Origin: Aeropyrum pernix K1
GTDB lineage: Archaea; Thermoproteota; Thermoprotei_A; Sulfolobales; Acidilobaceae
Assembly (NCBI RefSeq): GCF_000011125.1
Contig: NC_000854.2
Span: forward strand, 1,050,001 to 1,082,000
DNA: 32,000 nt
Reading direction: 5' to 3'
Both the position numbers and the translations under genes were made by a program. Shown here piece after piece: positions 1 through 9,160 of the stretch (position 1 is the stretch's first letter; each line of letters starts with the position of its first letter). The notes under the pieces were generated by a model that saw only the letters and a list, made by a program, of their open reading frames with translations, was not told the origin of the DNA and did not search any database.

Positions 1-597
1 GCTGTTAATGAGGGTCTAGCCAGCTACTACGGCTTCTCTAACTACGGCGAGGACCTCCTGGGCGACGCCCTATCCTGCACCAGGAGGCTCGAGCCAGTGG
101 CGGACCAGATACTATACAATCTAGCCTACAGGACTCCAGAGCAGCGGCTCATACCCCTCCTACACCAGCACGGAATGACCCCCATAGCGTGGAGCCCCCT
201 CGCGAAGGGCGCCCTGGCAGGCTTCAAAGGCGAGCCCACCAGGGCCCAGGCGGGTGACCCCGTCTTCAGAACTGCCCTAGAAGATACTGGGCTGCAGGAG
301 GTCCTGGAGTCCGTAGCCCGGCGTCTAGGGGCGTCGAAAGCGTCTGTAGCCCTGGCTTGGGTAGCCTACAAGGGTGCCGTGCCTATAGTGGGGTGGAGGA
401 GGCCTGAGAGGGTTAGGGAGGCGGCCGCGGCCGCCAGGCTAAAGCTGAGCGAGGAGGATGTGGCATTGCTTGACGAGGCGAGCAAGCGCTACGTAACATT
501 GTGGGGCAGCAGCTATAGCCCCCCAGGCCTGCGGAGGATCAGGCTAATTCCCGGGGCGCTGCAGCGGCTCGCCATAAGGTTGTGGGGAGGCATCTAG
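1..597 (+). CDS. Aldo/keto reductase, C-terminal portion (5' end outside the window)
   Basis: Frame 1 is open from base 1 (AVNEGLASYYGFSNYGEDLL...), so the GTG at 97 in the ORF track is internal. The GFSNY and IAWSPLAKGALAG segments are typical of the AKR C-terminal half. The stop is TAG at 595-597. Confidence 0.7.
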   Translation, partial: AVNEGLASYYGFSNYGEDLLGDALSCTRRLEPVADQILYNLAYRTPEQRLIPLLHQHGMTPIAWSPLAKGALAGFKGEPTRAQAGDPVFRTALEDTGLQEVLESVARRLGASKASVALAWVAYKGAVPIVGWRRPERVREAAAAARLKLSEEDVALLDEASKRYVTLWGSSYSPPGLRRIRLIPGALQRLAIRLWGGI

Positions 598-1061
598 GCC
601 TGCGCGCTAGCAGTCATCCTCCTATGCTCCTCCATCATGCACCTGTCGACTACAACGTCTAACCCGGCGTCCAGCAGCTTCTTCACAGCCTCCTCCGAAG
701 CCGTACCCTTCTGGAACCAGACGACTATCCTCCTCCCCGCCCTCCTGGCGAGCCTAATGGCCTGCTCGGCGACCGCCTCAGCCTCTCTGGGGGGTCTGAA
801 GACGTCTACCACATCCACCTCGCGGGCTATCTCATCCGGTATCTCGTCGAGGCTGGGGTAAGCCTTCTCACCCAGTATCTCGTCGGCGGAGGGGTTAACC
901 GGTATTATCCTGTATCCAGCCTTTTTGAGGTACTCGGGGACCCTGTATGCATCCTTCTCAGGGTTCCTGCTGGCGCCGACCACAGCCACCACCCGGGCTG
1001 TCCTGAGGACCTCGAACGGATCCCTTATAGAGCCCTTCACCGATAACCACCCACACAACAT
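594..1061 (-). CDS. CoA-binding domain protein (YccU/PF13380-like)
   Basis: RVVAVVGASRNPEKDAYRVPEYLKKAGYRIIPVNP is the classic CoA-binding Rossmann motif. The ORF is open to ATG 1100, but ATG 1061 gives the usual ~24-aa lead before VAVVGAS and leaves the AT-rich box at 1091-1110 as promoter. The start is therefore ambiguous between 1061 and 1100. Confidence 0.7.
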   Translation of the reverse strand: MLCGWLSVKGSIRDPFEVLRTARVVAVVGASRNPEKDAYRVPEYLKKAGYRIIPVNPSADEILGEKAYPSLDEIPDEIAREVDVVDVFRPPREAEAVAEQAIRLARRAGRRIVVWFQKGTASEEAVKKLLDAGLDVVVDRCMMEEHRRMTASAQA

Positions 1062-1137
1062 TTGGGGTGGCCCCGGGTTTAAGTCCTCCAATATAAACAT
1101 CTATCTTAAACCACGGGCCAGTGAGGTTGCAGAGCGT

Positions 1138-1512
1138 ATGACTGGGGAGGGGTATAAGCAGGCCATCGTAGTCAGGAGAGACCTGGGGATGGGGAGGGGT
1201 AAGGCAGCCGCCCAGGCTGCCCACGCCTCGTGCGAGGCGGTGTTCCTCATACTAGAGAGCGGTAGGCCCGAGTGGAGGAGGTGGCTGGAGATGTGGAGGC
1301 TTCAGGGTCAGGCTAAGGTAGTTCTGAGGGTTGAAAGCCTGGCCGAGCTGCAAGAAGTATATAGCAAGGCTGTGGAGGAGGGCCTGCCCGCCTCTTTCGT
1401 CAGGGACGCTGGCAAAACTCAGCTGGAGCCTGGTACGCCTACTGCTGCGGCGGTGGGCCCCGCACCCTCTAGGTTAGTCGACAGGATAACTGGGGGGCTC
1501 AAGCTTTTCTAA
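1138..1512 (+). CDS. pth2: Peptidyl-tRNA hydrolase, archaeal/eukaryotic type (Pth2)
   Basis: KQAIVVRRDLGMGRGKAAAQAAHAS matches the Pth2 signature, and the ~124-aa size fits Pth2. ATG 1138 is preceded by GAGGT at 1123-1127 and ATATAAA at 1091-1097. The 71-codon upstream extension in the ORF track (925-1137) has no Pth2-like sequence and overlaps the divergent gene. Confidence 0.8.
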   Translation: MTGEGYKQAIVVRRDLGMGRGKAAAQAAHASCEAVFLILESGRPEWRRWLEMWRLQGQAKVVLRVESLAELQEVYSKAVEEGLPASFVRDAGKTQLEPGTPTAAAVGPAPSRLVDRITGGLKLF

Positions 1513-1528
1513 TCACATTTCAACCCGG

Positions 1529-2017
1529 CTACGGGGATATGAGATCGTGTATCTCGTCGCCCATAACTGTGGTGCCGCAGTAGACGCACCGGTAGGCTGG
1601 CGGGTCTTGGGAGACGAGCACCATCTTCGAAACAGCCTTCTCCCTCTCCTTCCTCGTTATGCAGGTGGGGTTGGGGCACCGTAGAACCCCTTGTGACTCC
1701 TCCGGCAGCTTTAGCTTAACCTTCTCGACTACCTTGTAGTCCTCTATAACGTTGAAGGTCGCCCCGGGTGCTATGATACCGAGGACCTCCAGGTCCCTCT
1801 GCCGGGGCTTGTAGCCCTCAATCTTTAGTATATCCTTTCTACCCAGCTTCGAGCTCTCGGCGTTTATAACCACCGCTATCCTCCACCTATAGCCCCTGGG
1901 CGGGAGAAGGCCCAGTGCCTTGAGCATGGTGAACGCCCTGCCTGGGGGAATGTGGTCTATCACCACCCCGCTCCTTATCTTCCTAACAAGCAGTCCCTCG
2001 CCCTCCACCACAATCAC
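1529..2017 (-). CDS. pyrI: Aspartate carbamoyltransferase regulatory chain
   Basis: It has an N-terminal allosteric domain (VIDHIPPG) and a C-terminal zinc domain, CPNPTCIT...YRCVYCG. Its start overlaps the pyrB stop in ATGA (2014-2017). Confidence 0.9.
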
Positions 2018-2952
2018 CCCCTCATAACCAGGTTCATGAGGGCCATCCTGACCCTCACACCCAACCTAGCCTGAGTGAAGTACGCCTGATACCTGCTGCT
2101 GTCGACGGAGAAATCTATCTCGTCCACACGGGGCAGCGGGTGCAGCACCTTCAACGATTCCTTCGCAAACGACTCCAGCAGGTCGAGGGTTACCCTATAG
2201 CTCCCCCTGAGGGATTCGTACTCCCTGGGGTCGGGTATCCTCTCCTTCTGTATCCTCGTCACGTAGAGGACATCCAGCTCTCCAAGCACGTCCTGCAGCC
2301 TCTCAACCTCAGTGTAGGGTACGCCCCGCTTCTCCAGGGCCTCGAGGACCTCCCTCCTAGCCCTCAGCTGCGGCGGGCTTATGAGGTATACATGCCTGGG
2401 GTTGAAGAGGGAGAGCCCGAGGATGAAGCTGCTGGCGGCCCTGCCGTAGCGGAGATCGCCGAGCACACCGTATGTTAGCCCGTCAACCGTGCCGAATAGG
2501 CTGTAAACCGTGTAGAGGTCCAGCATAGCCTGGGTGGGGTGGTGCTGGCGCCCGTCTCCACCGTTTATTACAGGCTTCTCCGCCACCTCCGCTGCATAGA
2601 GGGCTGCGCCCTCGTACCTATGCCTGATTACTATAGCGTCGGCGTACGAGTCCAGCATAGTTATCGTGTCGGCTAGGTTCTCCCCCTTGGCCACGCTTAT
2701 AGCCTCCTCGCCGCTTATGAGGAGCGTGGAGCCTCCAAGCCTTTTCACGGCAGTCTCGAAGCTCAGCCTAGTCCTCGTGCTAGGCTCGAAGAAGGCGAGA
2801 GCCACAACCTTACCATCCAGAGGCTTGGACCCGGCCTTAGACTCTATAACGTCAGCCTGCCTGAAGAGGAGCTCTAGGTCTCCGCGGGTGAAGTCGGTTA
2901 TGGATATTACATCGCGCCCTTTGAAAGGGTTCCCCGCCACCCGGCTAGCCAC
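2014..2952 (-). CDS. pyrB: Aspartate carbamoyltransferase catalytic chain
   Basis: The [13 protein letters not shown] carbamoyl-phosphate motif, HPTQ and HPLPR motifs are all present, and the 312-aa length fits. Confidence 0.95.
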
Positions 2953-2979
2953 CCGCAGATCATTCTAGGCCGGAGGGTT

Positions 2980-3786
2980 TTAGGGGAATATGGGTTGCAG
3001 AGGCTCCTCGCCCTCCCTGCCTATAATGTAGGGCGCGATCTCGACGTACTCCCTTATAACCGAGGTCTCTATCTTGGGGAGGAGGACCCTCTCAATCTGG
3101 AAGAAGCCGGCGTAGCTCAGCATCTTAACCTCTATCCTCACAGGCCTCATAGACCCCTTGCTGATTAGAACCTGCTTTATGCTTATAGCGCTCAGACTGT
3201 GCATGTCAAGCTTCCCCTTGAGATAGGGTATCCTAGCCCTCCCCTCAGCCATATCGGTCGCGTCAGCCACCTTGACAGTTCCAGCCTCCACAGTCAGCGC
3301 CTTCACATTAGGTGCTGTGGCATATATTGCGTGCATAACCTCTGACCTGAAGAACACCCTCTTCCTGGTGCTCCAATCCGGAAACACCTTGGAAACTATC
3401 CTGTCTATAATCCTTTCAGACATGACAGCCCCTATCAGCTCGTGGTTATCCCTGTGAACGCTGTTTCCAATATCGTGTAGAAAGGCCGCCAGGAGGACCA
3501 CCGCCTTAGCCTCTTCAACATCCTCTAGCGTGCCGTCCGAGAGTGTGGACGGTGTCACGCCGCTCTCTAGAAGCCTATCAAAAATCTCCAGCGCGGAGCC
3601 CGCAATTATCCTGGCGTGGACCGGTCCATGGTCGTTGTAGAGCAGCCTCCCCACAGCCATGACGTTTGACATGCGGAAGAGGGCCTGTATCTCCTGGTCC
3701 TCCTCGATCAGGTGGTATATGCTCGAGAGGACCTCGCTCTCCTTGACCTTCTCCCTAACTAGAGTTGGGGTTACCTGGACAGACAT
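2980..3786 (-). CDS. HD-domain metal-dependent phosphohydrolase
   Basis: HGPVHARI...AAFLHDIGNSVHRDNHE supplies the H...HD...H/D metal-binding pattern of the HD superfamily. The substrate is unknown. Confidence 0.65.
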   Translation of the reverse strand: MSVQVTPTLVREKVKESEVLSSIYHLIEEDQEIQALFRMSNVMAVGRLLYNDHGPVHARIIAGSALEIFDRLLESGVTPSTLSDGTLEDVEEAKAVVLLAAFLHDIGNSVHRDNHELIGAVMSERIIDRIVSKVFPDWSTRKRVFFRSEVMHAIYATAPNVKALTVEAGTVKVADATDMAEGRARIPYLKGKLDMHSLSAISIKQVLISKGSMRPVRIEVKMLSYAGFFQIERVLLPKIETSVIREYVEIAPYIIGREGEEPLQPIFP

Positions 3787-3792
3787 GCCATG

Positions 3793-4113
3793 CTAGCCCC
3801 CGCCAACCTCCTTTACCACCCACTCAACATAGCTCTCATTACCCCTAGAGACGTCGAGGGCAAGTATCTCGGGCACGCTGTAGGGGTGCATCTCTTTAAC
3901 AGCTTTGATGAGGCTGTCGAGCTTCTCCTCGCTAGTCTTAATAATCAGCAGGTCCTCATCGTCGAGGTTTATAGACCCCTCCCACCAGTAGTAGCTCTTT
4001 ATACCCCGGACAACGTTAACGCAGGCCGCCAGCCTCTGCTCCACAATCTCCCTTGCAAGCCTGTCTCCATCACCCTTGGGAGCAGTGACCAAGACAACCT
4101 TCACGCGCGACAT
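3793..4113 (-). CDS. cutA: Divalent-cation tolerance protein CutA
   Basis: The 106-aa product contains RLAACVNVV.GIKSYYWWEGSI...IIKT...HPYSVPEILAL, the canonical CutA1 pattern. Confidence 0.85.
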   Translation of the reverse strand: MSRVKVVLVTAPKGDGDRLAREIVEQRLAACVNVVRGIKSYYWWEGSINLDDEDLLIIKTSEEKLDSLIKAVKEMHPYSVPEILALDVSRGNESYVEWVVKEVGGG

Positions 4114-4196
4114 GGAACATCAACCCCCTAGGACGTGGGCCTCCAGAAGACATTGTCGGGGCCGGGGTTAAAATTATAGTTTAAGTGGGGCAGGGC

Positions 4197-5600
4197 TTAC
4201 CGCCTTGCCCCGCCCCTACGTAGGATATAGTGAATGGGCCTCTCAAGCGCTAGCTCGGCGACTTCTTTCAACGCCTCGGAAACGCTCGGGTGTGGGTGTA
4301 TTGTGAGGGCGAGGTCCTCCAGCGTAGCCCCCATCTCTATGGCCAGAGCGGCCTCGGCGATTATCTCCGAGGCGTGAGGCGCAGCCACGTGGAACCCGAG
4401 TATAGCGCGGCTGCTTCTATCGTAGACCACCTTAGCGAAGCACTCCCTGCAACCCTCGATCGCCCCCACCCTGGGAAGGCTAGCTAGGGGGAGCCTAGTC
4501 TCCGCGGCATCCACACCCGCCGCCCTAGCCTCCTCAAGCGTCAACCCTACAGTAGCCAGCTCGGGGTCTGTATACACTACGGCAGGCACTGCTTTGGCGT
4601 CGAAGGCGGCGGAGGAGTCGCCCGCAGCCCTCTCCGCGGCGACTACCGCCTGGAGGAACGCTCTATGGGCTAGGAGGGGGGGCCCGGTGACGTCGCCGCT
4701 GGCATACACCCCCGGTACCCCCGTCTCCAGAGTGGCACCATCCACCTGTATATAGCCGGCCTTGTCAAGCTTCACCCCCAGCTTCTCAAGCCCCACGTCC
4801 CCCGTGTTGGGCCTCCTCCCCACGGCCACGAGTATAGCATCGTACTCCATCTTGCCAACCCCGGAGACCTCGACAACCGCGTAGCGCTCGCGCCTCTCCA
4901 CAGCCTCGACCTTGCTCTTAGTGTGTATCTTCACGCCCTCAGCCCTCAGCCTCCTCTCCACGACTCTGGAGAAATCCCTCTGCATGTTAGGAAGTAGCCT
5001 GTCGAGAAGCTCCACTATGGTAACCTCGACCCCTAGCCTAGCCATGGCCGTGGCATACTCTACCCCAATGTATCCACCGCCAACTATGAGCATTCTACCC
5101 GGCTTCCTCCTCAGGCCGAGTATGGTTCTGTTGTTGTGTACAACCTCCCCGTCGGGCTCGAGACCAGGTATTGAGGCGGGGCTGGTGCCGAGGGCCAGAA
5201 CCAGCTTTGAATACCCTATGCTGCCCGACCCGTCAACCTCGACAACGCCAGGCCTTATCTTCGCCCTGCCCTTTACAACCTCAACACCGTAACCCTTGAG
5301 CAGCGTTGAAACGCCGTTTGAAACACCCTTAACAACACTATCAACCCACTCCATGAGGCCCTTGAAGTCCACGTCCACGCTGCCCTTGACGAACTTGAGC
5401 CTCGCTAGCGAGGCTACAAGACCTGCGGGGTGTAGAAGAGCTTTCGTCGGTATGCAACCATAGTTGGTGCACTCCCCGCCCAGGCTATCCATCTCCACTA
5501 GGGCGACGTTCAGCCCTTCCTGTGCAGCTCGGACAGCCGCTGGATATCCCCCGGGGCCTCCGCCGACAACCACGAGGTCGAACCTCTCCAAACCAGCCAC
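4197..5600 (-). CDS. lpd: Dihydrolipoamide dehydrogenase (E3)
   Basis: It has a GGGPGGY FAD motif, a redox-active disulfide GGECTNYGCIPTK, a second dinucleotide fold GGGYIGVE, and a C-terminal HPHPSVSE active-site His-Glu segment. The start is GTG. Confidence 0.9.
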   Translation of the reverse strand: MAGLERFDLVVVGGGPGGYPAAVRAAQEGLNVALVEMDSLGGECTNYGCIPTKALLHPAGLVASLARLKFVKGSVDVDFKGLMEWVDSVVKGVSNGVSTLLKGYGVEVVKGRAKIRPGVVEVDGSGSIGYSKLVLALGTSPASIPGLEPDGEVVHNNRTILGLRRKPGRMLIVGGGYIGVEYATAMARLGVEVTIVELLDRLLPNMQRDFSRVVERRLRAEGVKIHTKSKVEAVERRERYAVVEVSGVGKMEYDAILVAVGRRPNTGDVGLEKLGVKLDKAGYIQVDGATLETGVPGVYASGDVTGPPLLAHRAFLQAVVAAERAAGDSSAAFDAKAVPAVVYTDPELATVGLTLEEARAAGVDAAETRLPLASLPRVGAIEGCRECFAKVVYDRSSRAILGFHVAAPHASEIIAEAALAIEMGATLEDLALTIHPHPSVSEALKEVAELALERPIHYILRRGGARR

Positions 5601-5684
5601 CCCACATTTACATATGGATCTTTAGACGGCCAGCAGAGCTGTGACCAGTTACCTGGGTAAAAAGAGGGGGTGATAACCGAGAGG

Positions 5685-6923
5685 CTACCGGAATTCATAG
5701 TCCTCGGCGAAGAGGAGGGCGGGGTTCTCGAGCAGCCTCTTAACCTCCATAAGGAACCTGGTCGCGTAGGCACCCTCCAGGGCTCTGTGGTCGAAGCTTA
5801 GCGACACAAACCCAATTTTCCTCGGCTTGAGCTCTCCGTCAACGTAGACAGGCCTCTCGACCAGCCTGTGGACGCCTAGTATGGCAACGTTGGGCGGGTA
5901 TATCACGGGGAAGCCTATCACGCTGCCGATGCTGCCTACGTTGGTTATAGTGAAGGTTGCTCCCGACACTTCCTCAAGGCTAAGCCTCATCTCTCTAGCC
6001 TTAGCCGTGAGATCGGCTATCTCCCTCGCTATCGCGAACAACCCCTTTTTCTCAACGTTCTTTACAACGGGGACTACGAGGCCGTGTGGCGTGTCGACCG
6101 CGAACCCGATGTTCACAGCCTTCTTAACGACGATCTCCATCTTCTCCTCGTCGAACTCGGAGTTGACTAGAGGATACTTCCTGATAGCCTTTGCCACAGC
6201 CTTGAACACGAAGGGGAGGTAGGTCAGCCTAACCCCCTTCTCCTCGGCATCCCTCTTCAGGGCCTCCCTAAGCTTAGAGAGCTCTGTGAAGTCGACCTCC
6301 TCTGCAATATAGGCGTGAGGTATCTTCGACTTGCTCAGGCTCATAGACTGGGCCATGGACCTCTTGATACCCCTTACAGGTATCCTCTCCTCAGCCTCCT
6401 CTGCGACAGGCGGGGGTGCTTCAGGCTTGGGTGCCGTGGCGAGCATCGCAGCCGCCCTCCTGACGTCATCCTCCGTAATAGCACCCCGTGGGCCTGTGCC
6501 CCTCACTCTGGCTAGGTCTACGCCGAGCTGCCGGGCCAGCCTCCTAACCCTTGGCGGTGCTCTGACTAGAATGGCAGGGGCTGCTTGCGGGGGAGGAGCA
6601 GCCGCCTCCTCAGCCTTAGGAGGCTCGACTGTCGCAGAGGGCTTCTCCGCCGCCTCTGGCGCCTTAGGAGCCTCTCCCTCCTCAACCTCAATCTCAATTA
6701 TAGGATCCCCAACCCTAACCACGTCGCCCGGCTTGGCTAGAAGCCTCACAACCCTACCCGTGTATGGGGATGGTATTTCCACCGTCGCTTTCGCAGTCAG
6801 CACCCTGACTAGAGGGCTGAACTGCTTTACAACCGCCCCCTCCTCTACTAGCCACTCTACAATCTCCCCCTCGGCTATGCCCTCTCCAATATCCGGTAGC
6901 TTTACCTGGACAATCCTACCCAC
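5685..6923 (-). CDS. Dihydrolipoamide acyltransferase (E2) of a 2-oxoacid dehydrogenase complex
   Basis: It has an N-terminal lipoyl domain (LTAKATVEIPSPYTG with the lipoyl-Lys) and Ala/Pro-rich linkers. It also has a peripheral-subunit-binding domain (PRVRRLARQLGVDLARVRGTGPRGAITEDDV) and a catalytic domain with SFDHRALEGA. The SD-like GGTGAGGGGG lies upstream. Confidence 0.9.
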   Translation of the reverse strand: MGRIVQVKLPDIGEGIAEGEIVEWLVEEGAVVKQFSPLVRVLTAKATVEIPSPYTGRVVRLLAKPGDVVRVGDPIIEIEVEEGEAPKAPEAAEKPSATVEPPKAEEAAAPPPQAAPAILVRAPPRVRRLARQLGVDLARVRGTGPRGAITEDDVRRAAAMLATAPKPEAPPPVAEEAEERIPVRGIKRSMAQSMSLSKSKIPHAYIAEEVDFTELSKLREALKRDAEEKGVRLTYLPFVFKAVAKAIRKYPLVNSEFDEEKMEIVVKKAVNIGFAVDTPHGLVVPVVKNVEKKGLFAIAREIADLTAKAREMRLSLEEVSGATFTITNVGSIGSVIGFPVIYPPNVAILGVHRLVERPVYVDGELKPRKIGFVSLSFDHRALEGAYATRFLMEVKRLLENPALLFAEDYEFR

Positions 6924-6938
6924 TAGAGACCTACCCCC

Positions 6939-7916
6939 TCACCACTGCATAACTTCTGTTACTGCCCTGTATATCTTAGCGAGGTTAGGCAAGTAGAGCT
7001 TCTCGTGGGCTAGGGGGTATGGTGTGTCGTAGCTGGCCACCCTCTTAACGGGGCCGCGTAGCAAGTCTATGTAGTTCTCGCTAATGTATGCGGCTATCTC
7101 CGCGCCCGGGCCTAGTATCTTCCTAGCCTCGTGGACTATAACGAGCCTTCCAGTCTTCTCGAGACTCTTCACAACCATATCTTTATCCCATGGCTGGAGA
7201 GTTCTGAGATCGATTATCTCGATGCTCCAGCCCCTCTTCTCTCTGAGGAGCTCAGCAGCCTCCTTGGCCAGATGCACCATAGCGCCCCATGTTACTAGGG
7301 TGACGTCCGACCCTTCCTGGACAAGCCTAGCCTGGCCCAGGGGGATTGTGTAGTCGTTGTCCGGAACCTCCTCCCTGATAGTCCTGTAGATGCTCTTAGG
7401 CTCGAGAAATATGACGGCGTCATCGCTCCGTATAGACGATTTAAGCAGCCCCTTCGCATCGTAGGGTGTGGATGGCATGACGACGTAGAGGCCTGGAGTG
7501 TGGATGAAGTACGGCTCGTTGCTCTGGCTGTGGTGCATTCCCCCTCTTATGCCGCCGCAGCAGGGCCCCCTTATTACAAGGGGCACGTTATACATGCCAC
7601 CGCTCCTGAACCTATACCAGGCCGCATTGTTTACTATCTGGTCGAACGCCTCGTATATGAAGTCGATAAACTGTATCTCCGCAACCGGCCTAAGACCGTA
7701 CATAGCCATCCCTATAGCGAACGCCACGATACCCATCTCGGTGAGGGGAGTGTCTATAACCCTCTCCTCGCCGAACTCGTCGATGAGACCCTCAGTTACG
7801 AGGAAGACTCCCCCCCTCCTGCCAACGTCCTCCCCAAGCACAACAACACTCTTATCCCGCCTCATCTCCTCCCTGAGAGCAGTGTTAAGAGCCTGCACCA
7901 TGTTCATAACAGGCAC
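6939..7916 (-). CDS. 2-oxoacid dehydrogenase E1 component, beta subunit
   Basis: The 325-aa product has a typical transketolase-like pyrimidine-binding and C-terminal domain layout (VVLGEDVG..GGVF, IDTPLTE, EPK). It lies 14 bp downstream of E1alpha, with GGGGGGTGG upstream. Confidence 0.9.
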   Translation of the reverse strand: MPVMNMVQALNTALREEMRRDKSVVVLGEDVGRRGGVFLVTEGLIDEFGEERVIDTPLTEMGIVAFAIGMAMYGLRPVAEIQFIDFIYEAFDQIVNNAAWYRFRSGGMYNVPLVIRGPCCGGIRGGMHHSQSNEPYFIHTPGLYVVMPSTPYDAKGLLKSSIRSDDAVIFLEPKSIYRTIREEVPDNDYTIPLGQARLVQEGSDVTLVTWGAMVHLAKEAAELLREKRGWSIEIIDLRTLQPWDKDMVVKSLEKTGRLVIVHEARKILGPGAEIAAYISENYIDLLRGPVKRVASYDTPYPLAHEKLYLPNLAKIYRAVTEVMQW

Positions 7917-7930
7917 CGCACGCCACCCCC

Positions 7931-9118
7931 CTACTCCTTATAGCTCAGGCCCAGCTCCTCCATAGTTTTGAGCGTCTCCTCCAGATCCCGCTCCTCCTCC
8001 TGGATGAACCAGGGCTTCTCCCCGTATACGTTCTGGAAGAACACGTTCTCCGGCAGCGGGGGCTTCGCCAGCACCTTCCTCACTATCTCTTCAACCTTGC
8101 TATTCCACTCCTCCTCTATGCTGAGGGCCTCCTTCTCGGTCAATATACCCATGCTCTCCATGAACTTCCTCATCCTCCTCAGGGGTTCATACCTCTCCAT
8201 AATTCTCTCTTCCTCACTAGTCCTGTACCTTGAGGGGTCGTCGGCCGTTGTGTGTGGGCCAAGCCTGTATGTCACAGCCTCTATCAAGGTTGGTCCACCG
8301 CCTCTCCTAGCCTTCTCCGCCGCATCGCTGACAATCTTGTACACCACCATTACATCGTTGCCATCTATCCTAACGCCCGGAACCCCATATGCAAGACCCT
8401 TAACAGCCAGTGAGGGTGCGGCAGTCTGTCTCGCCCTGGGAACGCTTATAGCCCACTGGTTGTTCTGTATCACTAAAACCGCTGGAACCTTGAACACGCC
8501 AGCGAAGTTTAGCCCGGCGTGGAAGTCGCCCCTGCTGGTGGCGCCGTCGCCGAAGAATGTGAGGGTAACCGTATCCCTGCCCAGGTACTTCATCGCGTAC
8601 GCGGCGCCCACCGAGATGGGGATCTGGTTGCCCACAGGGACGGGGGCTGGCACCAGGTTATACTTCCTGTTTCCGAATATGGCGAAGTCGCTTCCCTTCA
8701 GAGGGTCGTCAGCGTTCGCCAGAGCCCTGTCGAGAATTTCCTCCTCGCTCATACCCCTGACCAGGTAGGCGCCGAGCTCTCTATAGCTGGGGAACACCCA
8801 GTCATCTCTCCTCAAAGGCTTCGCGGCGCCCACTGCAACGGCCTCCTGCCCCTTGTTTGGGGCGTGTAGCGCAACCTTACCCATCCTCTGCAGCTTCAGA
8901 AGCCAACTGTCGATAACTCTCGCCCTGACCATGTAGGTGTATATCTCTACAATCTCCCCCTCGCTGACCTTGGGAAGAAGTTCCTCGTCGACTACCCTGC
9001 CCTCCTCGTCGACTGCCCTCTTAAACCCCAGAGCATCTTCGAGGAGAGTCTTATACTCCTCCACAACGTTTTTCTCGACAGGCTTGAAAGGAGTATCAAT
9101 AAGGCCTGTTTTACTCAT
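7931..9118 (-). CDS. 2-oxoacid dehydrogenase E1 component, alpha subunit (TPP-binding)
   Basis: The TPP motif GDGATSRGDFHAGLNFAGVFKVPAVLVIQNNQWAIS (GDG-x-NN) is present. The ORF is open to ATG 9226, but that 36-codon extension is hydrophobic and contains a TATA-like box (ATAAATAG on the minus strand, 9153-9160). ATG 9118 (MSKTGLID...) is therefore preferred. Confidence 0.85.
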   Translation of the reverse strand: MSKTGLIDTPFKPVEKNVVEEYKTLLEDALGFKRAVDEEGRVVDEELLPKVSEGEIVEIYTYMVRARVIDSWLLKLQRMGKVALHAPNKGQEAVAVGAAKPLRRDDWVFPSYRELGAYLVRGMSEEEILDRALANADDPLKGSDFAIFGNRKYNLVPAPVPVGNQIPISVGAAYAMKYLGRDTVTLTFFGDGATSRGDFHAGLNFAGVFKVPAVLVIQNNQWAISVPRARQTAAPSLAVKGLAYGVPGVRIDGNDVMVVYKIVSDAAEKARRGGGPTLIEAVTYRLGPHTTADDPSRYRTSEEERIMERYEPLRRMRKFMESMGILTEKEALSIEEEWNSKVEEIVRKVLAKPPLPENVFFQNVYGEKPWFIQEEERDLEETLKTMEELGLSYKE

Positions 9119-9152
9119 ATTAAGGCCCGCTTTAATAGTAATTGCAAGTAGT

Positions 9153-9160
9153 CTATTTAT
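9153..9160 (-). promoter_or_regulatory. TATA-like box (ATAAATAG) for the 2-oxoacid dehydrogenase operon
   Basis: It lies 35-42 bp upstream of ATG 9118, inside an AT-rich patch (9111-9180) unlike the surrounding coding sequence. Confidence 0.35.

Noticed and set aside
925-1137. An N-terminal 71-codon extension of the pth2 ORF.
   Set aside because: The extension has no Pth2-like sequence. It overlaps the divergent CoA-binding gene and its promoter, and the internal ATG 1138 has SD and TATA support and yields the normal ~124-aa size.
6331-6996. Long antisense ORFs inside the OADH genes (221 aa here, plus 7968-8768 at 266 aa, 7498-7965 and 4912-5292).
   Set aside because: The opposite strand carries unmistakable E1/E2/E3 motifs. 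GC-rich genomes generate long open antisense frames, and no recognisable domains are present.
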